Shown here piece after piece: positions 8,613 to 19,475 of a stretch of 64,000 bases of DNA. The translations under genes and the position numbers were made by a program. The DNA comes from Candidatus Bathyarchaeota archaeon (GTDB taxonomy: Archaea; Thermoproteota; Bathyarchaeia; 40CM-2-53-6; RBG-13-38-9): contig CAWECG010000003.1 in the NCBI GenBank assembly GCA_963807605.1, positions 128,001 through 192,000 of the forward strand, read 5' to 3'. The stretch's first letter is position 1. Every line of letters starts with the position of its first letter. The notes below the pieces were generated by a model that saw only the letters and a list, made by a program, of their open reading frames with translations, did not search any database and had not been told where the DNA came from.

Positions 8613-10145
8613 CTGGGGGAAAGGAAAACGTCAACAGTCGCCGCAATTGATGTCGGCTCAAATGCTACGCGATTAGCGATAGCATCGGTCAACTACAATA
8701 ACCAGTTGAATGTGATTCAGACGTCTCGCGAACCAGTTCGCCTGGGACAGGATGTTTTTTCTGGCGGCAAGATATCAAACAAGAGATTGGACCAAGCAAT
8801 CGACGCATTTCTCGGATTTCGCAAGCAGATCGTTAGGAACAACGCAATGGTCACTAGAGCCGTGGCAACCAGCGCTTTAAGAGAGGCGACGAACCAAACC
8901 TATTTTGTCAATGAGATTGCAAAATCTACAGAAATCGAAATTGAAGTGATCAGCGCCGAGGAAGAAGCAAGGCTAATCCATCTTGCTGTATCAAGTAAAT
9001 TGAAACTGAATGGGAAACTAGCGATGCTTCTCGACATAGGCGGCGGGAGCGTAACAATGAGTTTCTCAAAAGACCGAAGAATCATTGCCTCACGAAGTTT
9101 TCCCCTGGGAACAGTTCGGCTCTTGAACATCTTTGAGGAGGAGAGAGGTAATGAAATCGTTTTGAATCAGTGGGTTGACAGGTACGTTGCGAATGCCTAC
9201 AAGACATTAAAAAAAGAAGTCAGCGGCCGAGAAATCGAAGTGTGTATCGGAACCGGAGGAAATCTTGAATCTCTAAGTGAACTGAGTGTAGAAGTCTGCT
9301 CGGCAGAAAAAGATGATCGCTTGACTTTTGATGAGTTAGACAGTATTCAAGATAGACTCAAAGAACTTACATACGAAGAACGAATCGAGAAGCTTGGATT
9401 ACGACCAGATCGTGCCGATGTCATAATTCCCGCTTCAATCGTTCTCAAGAGCATCCTTCATCATGTCCGAGCAAAGACGATCCTTGTTCCACACGTGGGA
9501 CTTAGAGAGGGCGTTCTACTGGGACTGATACCCAAGATAAATGGTGAGAAAGAGAGAATACCGCGCGAGCAGGTAATCTCATCCTCAAAGCAACTCGGGA
9601 AGAAGTATAATTATGATGAAAAGCATTCTCTAACCGTAGCGCACTTTGCGCTTCAGATATTTGATTCTACGAAGAGACTCCATGATCTGAATAATGACGA
9701 GAGGGTCATACTCGAAGCCGCCGCAATTCTTCATGATATTGGTCAATACGTACGAATGACAGATTATCCCAAACATTCATACTACTTGATTAACGCTTCG
9801 CCACTTATCGGGCTCAATGTCGTTCATAAATCAATTGTATCTAACATCGTTCGGTATCACGTCGACTTGCATCCGACCACGAAACACAAATCATTTCAAA
9901 ACCTCCCACCTAAGTACCGTCTTGTCGTCTCGAAGCTAGCGGCGATATTACGGGTAGCTGACGCATTGGATGAGGAACATACAGGTCACGTCAAGAAGCT
10001 GCACATTGATTACAGAAAGTCTGACCTTTTGATTCGGCTCGAAGGCAAGGGCGATCTATTACTAGAGAAATGGGCCGTGAGACGGAAGTCTAACTTATTT
10101 GAGAACGTTTTCGATACACGTGTACTGGTACTCGATGGGAACTAG
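8613..10145 (+). CDS. ppx: Exopolyphosphatase Ppx/GppA with C-terminal HD domain
   Basis: AAIDVGSN motif lies in frame upstream of ORF-track start 8706 (likely CTG start 8613); ATSALREA, DIGGGS, GLREG, LHDIG. Confidence 0.92.
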   Translation: MGERKTSTVAAIDVGSNATRLAIASVNYNNQLNVIQTSREPVRLGQDVFSGGKISNKRLDQAIDAFLGFRKQIVRNNAMVTRAVATSALREATNQTYFVNEIAKSTEIEIEVISAEEEARLIHLAVSSKLKLNGKLAMLLDIGGGSVTMSFSKDRRIIASRSFPLGTVRLLNIFEEERGNEIVLNQWVDRYVANAYKTLKKEVSGREIEVCIGTGGNLESLSELSVEVCSAEKDDRLTFDELDSIQDRLKELTYEERIEKLGLRPDRADVIIPASIVLKSILHHVRAKTILVPHVGLREGVLLGLIPKINGEKERIPREQVISSSKQLGKKYNYDEKHSLTVAHFALQIFDSTKRLHDLNNDERVILEAAAILHDIGQYVRMTDYPKHSYYLINASPLIGLNVVHKSIVSNIVRYHVDLHPTTKHKSFQNLPPKYRLVVSKLAAILRVADALDEEHTGHVKKLHIDYRKSDLLIRLEGKGDLLLEKWAVRRKSNLFENVFDTRVLVLDGN

Positions 10146-10276
10146 ATTCATATTAGAACATACTGAAAGTTCAACGTACGTATGTTCGAAACATGCGGCG
10201 GCCTAAAGCGAGGAAATAACTGTTCTTGCCTTCCTGATCTAAGGCCTCGGAGAAAATTCACATTCGATGTTCGACA

Positions 10277-12643
10277 TCATTGAGGGTATGTCCAAAGAAC
10301 AATCAGATTCTTCTTGAAGAAATCAACGAACATATCCTTCTTCTTATTCAATGACTGCTCTTCCAAGATCGGATTCTGATTTACTGTACATTCAATCGTA
10401 ACGCTCGTAGGATCGCAAGTCACTTCCATTTGTTTTACAATTGTTCCATGCGAGAAGTCTAGCGCATCAGCAATTCTCAGTATTGATGATAGAGTCGTTA
10501 CCCTACGCCTGTCCTCAGGATTCAACGCAGCGTAATTGTAGTGTCTTGTCTTCGGAGCGTTTTTTCGGTGATATCTGGCAATACTCCCGATTATGTACCT
10601 CCCAGTAGAGGTGAAGGGAAGTTCAGAATCATTCAGTATCAGCTTAAGTGAATTCTTATTGTGCGCACTAGCACCTCGAGACCAGCCAATATCATGAAGT
10701 ATAGCCGCATATTCTAGCCAGCGACGCTCAGTAGCTCGTAGTTTATGGACTCTCTTGAGGCTGTCAAATAATTCCAGAGCAAGCTTTCTCACTTGTTCAG
10801 AGTGGGAGGATTCATTTTCATACTTACGAGCGACTTTCCTGACAATCTCCACTGTCCCTTTTCTTCTCCAAGCCGCCTTCCGTTTTACAGCGTTTTCGTC
10901 CTTGATGATATCCGCAAGCGAGACCCCGCGGAGCACCATTTGCGCGAAATGTTCAGGTAGCCCCTTCTTCCTTATTGCCTGGACAGCAGCCTCTAAATCA
11001 TATCTAACTCTAGTGAGTTCAACAGATAATGGATCGAAACTGATAACCGCGTATCCTGCTTCTGGATTCCGGTCGTAAGGTCTCCCTACGCTTCCCGGAT
11101 TTACGAATGTTACCGCATCAACCCTTCTGTGGAACTGCCTGTGCGAGTGACCAACAACAATAATGTCTGCAGCTGCATTCTTAGCAATAGTCCTTAGCCT
11201 CTCTTTCGATGTATTACGATAGAGATGTTCGTCTATCGATTCGGGGCTACCATGAACGACAAGAAGTCTTTTTCCTTTAATCTCAAGCGCAATTTCTCGT
11301 GGCAATGAGTTGAGATAGAGTTTGTTAGCTCTCGACAATTCCTTTCTCGAAAATTTTAGGGCAACATCTTTTTCGCCGTCGGCTTCCTTCTTGGCTTCCA
11401 ATACTCTAAGATCATAATTTCCGATTATACTGAGGACTCCATTGGCGCGTAACGTCTCGACGACCTCATTAGGGAAGGCGCAATATCCAACTAAATCACC
11501 CGCGTTTAGAAAGACATCTATGCCTTTGCTCCTTGCATCCTCAATTACGGCATTGAGTGCGTGTTGATTTGCGTGCACATCTGCCAACACAGCCATCTTC
11601 GGATGCTCAGCTTCAAGAAGCGATTTCACTCCCTTTTCAGCGCCCATAAACCCAGCACCTGTAATCTGTCTGAGCTGTTCGAAAGCTCCCTTCTCCTTAA
11701 CCTTCTCCCAGAATGAGACAAACTCTCTATATTTTGACCGTCTCATTTCTTGTATGTCTTGCAGGAATTGCAGAAGACCCCTCTCTACCGTCATTATATG
11801 TTCCGTGTTCTCCCTGTTGGAGAAGAGTTCATATCTGATCTCAGAGATGAACTTTGGAATGTAACCTATCCAAACATCGTAATCATGAAGCTCGCCAAGA
11901 ATGTCTTGAAAGTGTTGTACCGTGGATATGTATTCTTCCAGTTTGTCATCGTAATTCGAAGAAAATATCTCCATCGTGTAGCGCAACCATTTTGCACGGA
12001 TCCTCATTTCGTGGTGGTCGAGGGCATCATTCTCACGATGAACACAATCCTCCATTGCCAGAAAATCGCTTAGTTTTTCTGATATGTGAGCATGCGCCTT
12101 CGCATATGTCGATGACGAGTCGATTGGGATGCCCTCAATGTTCGCTTGTTGCTTGACTTGTTCACAATAACTCCGCATGTTTTCAATTACATGTGAATTC
12201 TTCAAGTGATCGAGGCCATCGTTGATATCTGGCTGCATTCTTGCCCTGCGGTCTCTATGCCTGGAAAGAAGAAGTCTTACGCCATCGCCTATTTTCTCAT
12301 CTTTCAGTCTCTCCAAATAGTTCGTGACGAAAGCTATTTGGACGTCTGTGTCCCTAGCTGCGCCGAGAGATTTTGTGACTCTCCTTATCTCTTTCAACCA
12401 TTCTTTGAAGAGTTTCTTGGGGGAGCATTCTTTGAAAAGAGGTAGCGCTGCTCTTATTCTGCGTGAGGCAACCCTCATCTTGTGTATATACTCTATCTCA
12501 TCGCTCTCTCTGACACCATCCATTTGATTCTCGAGTGCCTTGAGAAGTTTGGTGAGGCTCTCGGCCCCATATAGGCAGTAACTGGGGTCCTTCCCAGCAT
12601 CAGGACCTCTAGGCGAAGCCATGCCAGATACCTTTGTTCTCAA
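10277..12643 (-). CDS. CHAD + metallophosphoesterase + HD three-domain protein
   Basis: IHKMRVASRR/HEMRIRAKWLRY (CHAD); DVH, GD, GNYD, HG, GHSH (MPP); LHDIG (HD). Confidence 0.88.
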   Translation of the reverse strand: MRTKVSGMASPRGPDAGKDPSYCLYGAESLTKLLKALENQMDGVRESDEIEYIHKMRVASRRIRAALPLFKECSPKKLFKEWLKEIRRVTKSLGAARDTDVQIAFVTNYLERLKDEKIGDGVRLLLSRHRDRRARMQPDINDGLDHLKNSHVIENMRSYCEQVKQQANIEGIPIDSSSTYAKAHAHISEKLSDFLAMEDCVHRENDALDHHEMRIRAKWLRYTMEIFSSNYDDKLEEYISTVQHFQDILGELHDYDVWIGYIPKFISEIRYELFSNRENTEHIMTVERGLLQFLQDIQEMRRSKYREFVSFWEKVKEKGAFEQLRQITGAGFMGAEKGVKSLLEAEHPKMAVLADVHANQHALNAVIEDARSKGIDVFLNAGDLVGYCAFPNEVVETLRANGVLSIIGNYDLRVLEAKKEADGEKDVALKFSRKELSRANKLYLNSLPREIALEIKGKRLLVVHGSPESIDEHLYRNTSKERLRTIAKNAAADIIVVGHSHRQFHRRVDAVTFVNPGSVGRPYDRNPEAGYAVISFDPLSVELTRVRYDLEAAVQAIRKKGLPEHFAQMVLRGVSLADIIKDENAVKRKAAWRRKGTVEIVRKVARKYENESSHSEQVRKLALELFDSLKRVHKLRATERRWLEYAAILHDIGWSRGASAHNKNSLKLILNDSELPFTSTGRYIIGSIARYHRKNAPKTRHYNYAALNPEDRRRVTTLSSILRIADALDFSHGTIVKQMEVTCDPTSVTIECTVNQNPILEEQSLNKKKDMFVDFFKKNLIVLWTYPQ

Positions 12644-14744
12644 TCAGCCAAGCCTGAGAATTCAGTTTCGGCTCATCTTTATTGGGAATAATTCTCTCGT
12701 AGCGGCCGTTCGGTAGAAGCTGCCTTGCCTTTACATTATCACTGAGATGAGCTTTCAACATATACTCTAGTATCGATCGCTTGAGTCTGTGATCCGGAAC
12801 TACGAAGAGCACCTCCACCCGTCTAGTTAAGTTTCTGGGCATCATGTCTGCGCTGCCGAGCAATAATTCTTCATCGTCGCCGTTCCTGAAATAATAGAGC
12901 CTGGCGTGTTCGAGGAACCGGCCAACTATGGATATTACTCTAATGTTTTCGCTTACACCTTTGATTCCGGGCCTAAGACAACATAGGCCCCTCACATTGA
13001 GATCGACCTTGACTCCTACCATTGAGGCTCGGTAAAGAGCTTGGATAATATCTTCGTCGACCAGTCCGTTCAGTTTGAAAGCGAGGTAGCCATTCCCATT
13101 TCTTCCATGACACATTATCTCTCTGTCGATGCGCTTCAAGATCTCGTTCTTGAGGTCTGAAGGAGCCACGAGCAGATATTTGTAATCCTCTTTTGGTGAG
13201 GCCCCAGCTAATAGGTCAAAGAGATTTGATATCTCGATGCCTATCTTGGGATTTGCAGTCAGGTAAGAGATGTCGCCGTAGATTCTCGTGGTGACTGCGT
13301 TATAGTTGCCTGTGCCTATATTTGAATACCTCACAATACGTTTGCCTTCTCTTTTGGTGACAAGACAAAGTTTTGCGTGTATTTTCAATTTAGGAAAGTT
13401 ATAAACAACATTTACGCCTGCCTTTTTCAGTTCATCTGTCACCAGCATATTGTGTTCTTCATCGAATTTTGCCTTCAATTCAACAATAGTTGTCACCTTC
13501 TTACCATGCCTTGCAGCCTCAACGAGCACGTCTATCAATGGTGACTTTTCATCTATTCGATAAAGAGTGAGACTAATCGAGACGACATCTGTATCCTGAG
13601 CTGCTTGTCTAAGCAGGCTAAGAATGATTTCAAAGCTGTCATATGGGTAGTAGAAAACATAATCTCTCTTGACAATCTCGTCGAATAAGTTTTTGTCTGG
13701 TTTCAGCTCTTCGGGAACAAATCGATGAAAAGCAGAGTCTTTGAGGTCGGGTCTATCTATTTTTAGTAGCTGCCAAAAGTCCACGAGACCCAGTGGTCCC
13801 CTTAGATTGTATACGAGGTAGGTGGGCAGACCGAACATATTTGCTAGGACTTCTCTCACACTCTCGGGCATCGAACTGTCCACCTCAAGTCTGCTGGGAG
13901 CGCCAGTCCTGCGGTGTTCCAGGCTTTTGTGCATGGTCCGAAGGAAATCTGAACCTTCGTCCACTAAGATCTCTATCTCCGCGTCCCGCGTCAGGCGGAA
14001 TAAGTATGCAGCTAACAAATCCCTGCCTGGAAGAAGAAGATCAAGATTTTGGGTTACAATGTCTTCAAGAAAAACAAGTTCAACAGTCTTTTCAATATTC
14101 GCTTTATTCTGCGAGGTCTTGACGTCGTGCGGAACTTCTATCAGCCTTTTGAATTGGTCGTTTGGTACATCGACCAAATAGTATTTCTCTTCCTGACCCT
14201 CCCTTGCGACAACAAAGAGGTTAAGTCTTAGGTTAGGGATGAACTCATGAAGAAAATCCTCGACGGGATTTTCAATATTCGGGAGTATCGTTTTTTTGAA
14301 ATACTCCCTAAGTATCGACTGTTTATTCTCATCAAGGTCACCCAGCCGGCGCAGATAAATGCCCTCTTTCGCCAGTTCCGGTAGCAACTCCTCCCTCCAA
14401 CACGTTGCGTGGCCTTCCAGAAGAGGAATTATCGCCTTTCTCGTAGTCTGAAGTTCATCGAATGCACCAAGTCCGTCCGGGCTCGTCTCCTTGATGCCAC
14501 GTTTTATCTTTTTTTGCATCTGAGAGACCCGAGTCATGAAGAATTCATCCAAGTTGCTGCCACATATCGCGAGAAATTTCACTCTCTCCAATAACGGGTG
14601 TGAGCGATCGTTTGCCTCTTCTAAGACACGCTCATTGAAGCTGATCCAGCTTAGCTCTCGATTGATGAACAGCTTAGGATCATTAAGAGACGGCCCCCCG
14701 CCTCCTTCGCCATTCCCTTTACGACCTGTTCCTCCCAGACTCAA
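12609..14744 (-). CDS. ppk1: Polyphosphate kinase 1
   Basis: NRELSWISFNERV, NLDEFFM, ELKAKFDE, KIHAK, RFLEHAR. Confidence 0.95.
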   Translation of the reverse strand: MSLGGTGRKGNGEGGGGPSLNDPKLFINRELSWISFNERVLEEANDRSHPLLERVKFLAICGSNLDEFFMTRVSQMQKKIKRGIKETSPDGLGAFDELQTTRKAIIPLLEGHATCWREELLPELAKEGIYLRRLGDLDENKQSILREYFKKTILPNIENPVEDFLHEFIPNLRLNLFVVAREGQEEKYYLVDVPNDQFKRLIEVPHDVKTSQNKANIEKTVELVFLEDIVTQNLDLLLPGRDLLAAYLFRLTRDAEIEILVDEGSDFLRTMHKSLEHRRTGAPSRLEVDSSMPESVREVLANMFGLPTYLVYNLRGPLGLVDFWQLLKIDRPDLKDSAFHRFVPEELKPDKNLFDEIVKRDYVFYYPYDSFEIILSLLRQAAQDTDVVSISLTLYRIDEKSPLIDVLVEAARHGKKVTTIVELKAKFDEEHNMLVTDELKKAGVNVVYNFPKLKIHAKLCLVTKREGKRIVRYSNIGTGNYNAVTTRIYGDISYLTANPKIGIEISNLFDLLAGASPKEDYKYLLVAPSDLKNEILKRIDREIMCHGRNGNGYLAFKLNGLVDEDIIQALYRASMVGVKVDLNVRGLCCLRPGIKGVSENIRVISIVGRFLEHARLYYFRNGDDEELLLGSADMMPRNLTRRVEVLFVVPDHRLKRSILEYMLKAHLSDNVKARQLLPNGRYERIIPNKDEPKLNSQAWLIENKGIWHGFA

Positions 14745-14791
14745 GGACGTCTCCAGAATAGTTCACCTCACCAGACGGACACACCCACACG

Positions 14792-15367
14792 CTAGCCATC
14801 TATCGAACGATCTAGTTTGGCCAATTGATTCACCCTCAACCGTTTCTTCCTCGAATAATGATTTATTAGGTCCGTTGTTGACCAAGGCCTACATTCTTTA
14901 ATTTCATATCCGAGCAATCTCGCGCACTTATGAATAATATTCACATTCTTCGCTTCTATCTCAAGAAACTCAGGAATATAGTCATATTCATCCAGGTACT
15001 TGTCAAATTCGAATCTTGCGCCATCCAGTACGTAGCTTGTCCGATGTTTCCTCATTCTTGCATGTGCCGATAGTCCCAATGATTCTAGGATTTTCTTCAT
15101 ATTTTCAAGATCTGAAACAAGAACCTCATACTCATCAGCTACCTTAGCTTCTCCAGTATCCAGCAATTTCTTGAAGGTAAGCATAGATCTCCGGCCGTCT
15201 TTTCTCAGCCTAATTAGACTCCTTGCTTTTCTTATGGAACCATCCCTGAAATCATAGAATAGCGTGTCGATATCTCTGTCAGAAACCCTCTTTGCACCTA
15301 AAGAAAGTAATTTCCTTTCTGTTTGTTCTCTATTGATTTCGGTTATTTTGACTTCGATTTCATTCAT
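14792..15367 (-). CDS. CYTH-domain protein (CyaB-like triphosphate tunnel enzyme)
   Basis: N-terminal EIEVK, RLR, KHR, FLEIE. Confidence 0.9.
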   Translation of the reverse strand: MNEIEVKITEINREQTERKLLSLGAKRVSDRDIDTLFYDFRDGSIRKARSLIRLRKDGRRSMLTFKKLLDTGEAKVADEYEVLVSDLENMKKILESLGLSAHARMRKHRTSYVLDGARFEFDKYLDEYDYIPEFLEIEAKNVNIIHKCARLLGYEIKECRPWSTTDLINHYSRKKRLRVNQLAKLDRSIDG

Positions 15368-15558
15368 TTATGACCGAACCATCTAGCAGATTACTGACAA
15401 GCCTAACTCACCCTGAAAATTCACTTAATACTTAGAAATAACGATCGAGATAACAATATGTCTGAACATTAAGATTAAGGCTTCGAACACGGAATATACG
15501 TGAGCCTCCGCTGAGTTGTCAAAAAAAAGGAAGAAGAAAGGTAAGATCCGTTCTTATC

Positions 15559-18500
15559 TTACCTTACTGGTATTGTTGCGCTTCTTCTCCAGCGTAGTAG
15601 GAACAGCGACGCAGCTAGAGCGGACACTAAGGCCACTAGTCCAGTTGCTGGGAACTCGGGTACCGGTACACCTGACTCATCAAGATAGAAGTTCTGGCCG
15701 CCGGCTACACCTCCCCAAGTTGCGACTACTGACTTTGCTGCGGTCTTGTACCCTGCACCTTGAGTTGTCACGCTGTAGGTGTCTGGCGTAACGTAGGTAT
15801 AGTATGTTCCGTCGTTGGGACCCCAAGCGTTCACGGTTGTATTGGAACCTTTTACTGTTGTTGTCTGCCAGGAGGCTAAGAGGTAGTCCCCTTGCCAGTT
15901 GCGCGTGTAGACTGTGCCTACGAGTCTGGATAAGAGATCCATCTCGAAGACCACGTTCGCCTTTCCTTCGCATGTCGTTGTGGCTGTAACTGTCGAAAGC
16001 TGGATGTATCTGCCCTGATAGTCGGGATACCAAGCCTCTGCGACGATTGTGTAAGTTCCAGGCTGTATTCCATAGCTTCTATAGTCACCTGAGTACCGGT
16101 TCTTAGAAGCACTCGGATAGTTCGCGAAAGGAGAGTAATAGCCGAACCTCTTCTTGTAGAGACCAGGGAAGCTGGATTTGTACCATAGGCCTCCTCCCGC
16201 CAAGGCAGATGCTGACGAACTGCCCGGGCCATTTGTGACTAGGTGGTTTTCTGGGGAGGTGAACTCGCCGAAGCCGAAGAGCTGGAAGACCCATGTTTGT
16301 ACGCCTGTTGGCTGGGCAGGATTAAGGTTTCCAGACCATGGCCACTGGCTAACAGTCCGGCTGGTATTCACGGGGACGCCTGTTATGTTCGCCGCGATGA
16401 GTGTACCATTCACATCGTACGCATTTATTCTGAACTGGAAGCTGTAAACATCGTTCGGCAGGGGCGCGGGGATCAGCTCCGTCTTAAAGTCCAAGGTGAC
16501 ATCGATCTCACTGCCCGTCAAGAGGTATATTGGAATGTCGCCTCCAGAGGAGCCTTGCTGGGCCCAAACTGAAGGGAACTGTTCCTGAACGTAGCCGATG
16601 GTGTAAGCATCCAGAGTATAGATGCCTGTTGGAAGCCCAGTTGGGACAAGGGCATCTCGTAGGTAATCGGCAGTACTTGTCTGCCAACCGTAGAATGCGT
16701 TGCTTCCTGAGAAGGTGATCGTGGAGGCCCCAGATACTTGATTCTGTTGGGTGTAGAAGCCTCCTGCAACCCAGTTATTCTTAGAGTCGAATACGTAGAC
16801 CCTTATTGGTGATGGAGGGTGAAGCCAGTTTACTGGTTGTGATGGGTCTTGGCAGTCGCGTGAATAGACTGTTGTTGTTATGTTGACTCCTTTGATCAGG
16901 TGGAAGCTGAGTGAGGCGTTCGTGCAATACGGGACTGTCACCTGCGGTAACTGCTCTTGGACATAGCCTGCATAGTATGCCTTGATAGTGTATGTGTCCT
17001 CCGGCATTCCGGATGGTGGCGCGTTTCTAGTCTTGGGCTCAGTGCCGTATCCGAGAAGCTCCAGACTCATCTCCGGCGTCCGCCGTGCTGCAGTCGCGAT
17101 ATTTGTGAAATTCCAGGCTCGGATTTTTCCGTAGGAATCCCAGGCCTCCATCACTAGCGGCGAGTTATCTATTGGTGCTACATCAGCCGAAGGCAGTTCT
17201 TGGTTGTGGAAGTGAACCGTCGCATTGATAGTTCCGCCCTTATAGAGATCCAAGAACTGGGAAACCACGCCGCCAGCAAACTCCACCGCTGGAAAGTTTA
17301 CCTGCAGAGGACCCACCGATTGCCAGTAACCGAAGACCCAGACATTGACATAATATTGTCCTGGGACGAGTCCGCATGTGAAGTGAGCGTTAGCATCCGG
17401 AACATGCCCGTCCCACTGGGTCTGGACTCCTGAATAGCCCGTAGGGTTGCCCAGGAATGTAGTGAAGTTCCTTGGGCTTGCAGATACGTTGAAATAATCG
17501 TCTCTCCAGCCCAGTCTGATACCGTCGGAGTCGTCGATCTCAACGCGATACAATGCGAATGGCCAACCTTTGAGCGGCTGTGGATTGGGGGGGTAAAGTG
17601 TGGCGAGCAGCTGGCCGACCTCTCCAAGACCAGCAGTTCCCGGTTTCGAACGTACTCCGAGAGTAGTATAGTCAGGCCAGTCAACTGGGCCTGTTGGACA
17701 CTTTGAATAGACAGTCAGACTGAACGGCGAATCCGGAAGAATGTAAATGTCGACTCCATGCACTGATTGACCTGTATTCACAGTGACTTGAGTAGCCAGA
17801 GTTGTGGGGACAAATCCTGCAGCACATGCTGTAAGCGTGTAGACGCCTGGTGCCAGACCCTCAATCTCATAGTAGCCGTCAGCGGTAGCGTTGAAGTAGC
17901 CTACGCCGGAGACAGATCTTCCTGTCGGCTGACCTGTTACTGGGTCTAGGGCTGTCCCGTTGGCGAAGACCTTGCCAGGAGTATTCACACCTAGGCCGTA
18001 ATAGGATCCGTAGTAGTAGGAGGAATGGCCTGCATACCTCACAGTACCTGTTATGTAACCTGGATCAACCTCCCCCTTCACAACCAGTTCCGGATAGTTC
18101 TCAGGCGGGAAAGACTCGTACTGCTCGTACAGGTCTGAGGGTAGGAGGTTCTTCGTGTAGAAGACTTTGAAGAAGTATTTCCCAGCAGTTGTTGGTGCCT
18201 GGATGTCGTAAGCTATTATCTCGTACATGCCGTAACGCCAGTCCGGCTTCTTGTACGGCTGCCTATCCTGGAATGGATCCTGTCCTGCGGAGTAGAGATA
18301 ATTTGATGATTTCTGGGTGGTGGGGTCGGTTACGTTTGGTGCTGAGATGGCTATGTACCACCAGTTTGGAGCCATAGGATGAGCCGCGTTGAATCTCCCA
18401 GTCGTGATGAAGCGATAATCACTGGTTATGCTTGTTACTACACGCCACTTTGAAGGTGTAGCTGCAACGGGGGTAAACTCTGGGGGGATAGCAATGTATA

Positions 18501-18921
18501 ACCATCTTCCTCTACCATTATGCTTCTCCCAGCTGATATTCAAGCCAGGCTGGTTAGGATTGGAGGCGTTGGCAGGGCTAGATATATTAATATAAAAGTA
18601 GAGCGGGCCAGTCGACCCGGTCACCACTGATCCGTTTGGGGAATAGTATTGATACTGGGCAGAGATCGGCTGATAGAATAGTCCTGGACTCACATATGCG
18701 AGATGTCCTGCCTCGAAACCCTGAGCCACAGCGTAAGAATTGTTAGCATGCTGATCAGGCATAGTATTTGTTGGATTCCCCATAGGCGCCTCAGGACCAC
18801 TCACTCCTTGATGCCCTAATGTATAGTGTGCCGAGACCTGCTGAACACCAGCAACGGCCGACAAAACCAGGATAGTCAAGATAGTTGTTGCTGCCATGAT
18901 TCTAGTATTCAAATGATTCAT
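15559..18921 (-). CDS. 1120-aa cell-surface glycoprotein with beta-sandwich repeats and PEF-CTERM sorting signal
   Basis: Signal peptide, many N-x-S/T sequons, repeated PG.Y..(A) modules, C-terminal VPEFP + TM + RWRR. Confidence 0.85.
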   Translation of the reverse strand: MNHLNTRIMAATTILTILVLSAVAGVQQVSAHYTLGHQGVSGPEAPMGNPTNTMPDQHANNSYAVAQGFEAGHLAYVSPGLFYQPISAQYQYYSPNGSVVTGSTGPLYFYINISSPANASNPNQPGLNISWEKHNGRGRWLYIAIPPEFTPVAATPSKWRVVTSITSDYRFITTGRFNAAHPMAPNWWYIAISAPNVTDPTTQKSSNYLYSAGQDPFQDRQPYKKPDWRYGMYEIIAYDIQAPTTAGKYFFKVFYTKNLLPSDLYEQYESFPPENYPELVVKGEVDPGYITGTVRYAGHSSYYYGSYYGLGVNTPGKVFANGTALDPVTGQPTGRSVSGVGYFNATADGYYEIEGLAPGVYTLTACAAGFVPTTLATQVTVNTGQSVHGVDIYILPDSPFSLTVYSKCPTGPVDWPDYTTLGVRSKPGTAGLGEVGQLLATLYPPNPQPLKGWPFALYRVEIDDSDGIRLGWRDDYFNVSASPRNFTTFLGNPTGYSGVQTQWDGHVPDANAHFTCGLVPGQYYVNVWVFGYWQSVGPLQVNFPAVEFAGGVVSQFLDLYKGGTINATVHFHNQELPSADVAPIDNSPLVMEAWDSYGKIRAWNFTNIATAARRTPEMSLELLGYGTEPKTRNAPPSGMPEDTYTIKAYYAGYVQEQLPQVTVPYCTNASLSFHLIKGVNITTTVYSRDCQDPSQPVNWLHPPSPIRVYVFDSKNNWVAGGFYTQQNQVSGASTITFSGSNAFYGWQTSTADYLRDALVPTGLPTGIYTLDAYTIGYVQEQFPSVWAQQGSSGGDIPIYLLTGSEIDVTLDFKTELIPAPLPNDVYSFQFRINAYDVNGTLIAANITGVPVNTSRTVSQWPWSGNLNPAQPTGVQTWVFQLFGFGEFTSPENHLVTNGPGSSSASALAGGGLWYKSSFPGLYKKRFGYYSPFANYPSASKNRYSGDYRSYGIQPGTYTIVAEAWYPDYQGRYIQLSTVTATTTCEGKANVVFEMDLLSRLVGTVYTRNWQGDYLLASWQTTTVKGSNTTVNAWGPNDGTYYTYVTPDTYSVTTQGAGYKTAAKSVVATWGGVAGGQNFYLDESGVPVPEFPATGLVALVSALAASLFLLRWRRSATIPVR

Positions 18922-19004
18922 CCTTCTGTTTGCGAGCCTAGAGCTAGTCCAGCCATATATTACTAGTTACATGAGATCACATGCCACTATACGAATCTAT
19001 GAGA

Positions 19005-19381
19005 ATGATGCTGTTATGATAGCCCAAAATGTCCAGACAATGAAACATGATACTAGGCCTAAGCTCATCGAAAAAAATTAGCAGAATGAGTGAATTTGTG
19101 GCCAGAGTACGTGAAGATTCAATAGCAGCATTATACAGACGTGACTATATTGGTGCAGAGAAGATTTTTGTAAACATGAGTCACACTGAAACTTTAGAAA
19201 AAAGGGCATACACGAGATAAACAAACAGGGGATCGACTCAAGCCATATGTCGGCTTTGAGATTGATACTCAAGAGTCTGAGGCGAATAGGCGAGTGCGGG
19301 AGTGATGTGGCAGAGACGGTATTGAACTTGACAGCCACTGAGCTTCCGGGATCTAGCAACGCTCCTAAGCGTGCCGAATAA
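19005..19381 (+). pseudogene. phoU: Frameshifted C-terminal fragment of an archaeal PhoU regulator
   Basis: EDSIAALYRRDY / SALRLILKSLRRIGECGSDVAETVLNLT aligns to the C-terminus of the 25042-26085 protein. Confidence 0.85.
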
Positions 19382-19475
19382 TATTCATTTGTTGCGGTGT
19401 CTCCGATCTGTAGGGCTGTCTATTGCCCCCGCGTCTACATGTTAAGTAATGCATTTTGCTTTGTAAACCTAAGGT

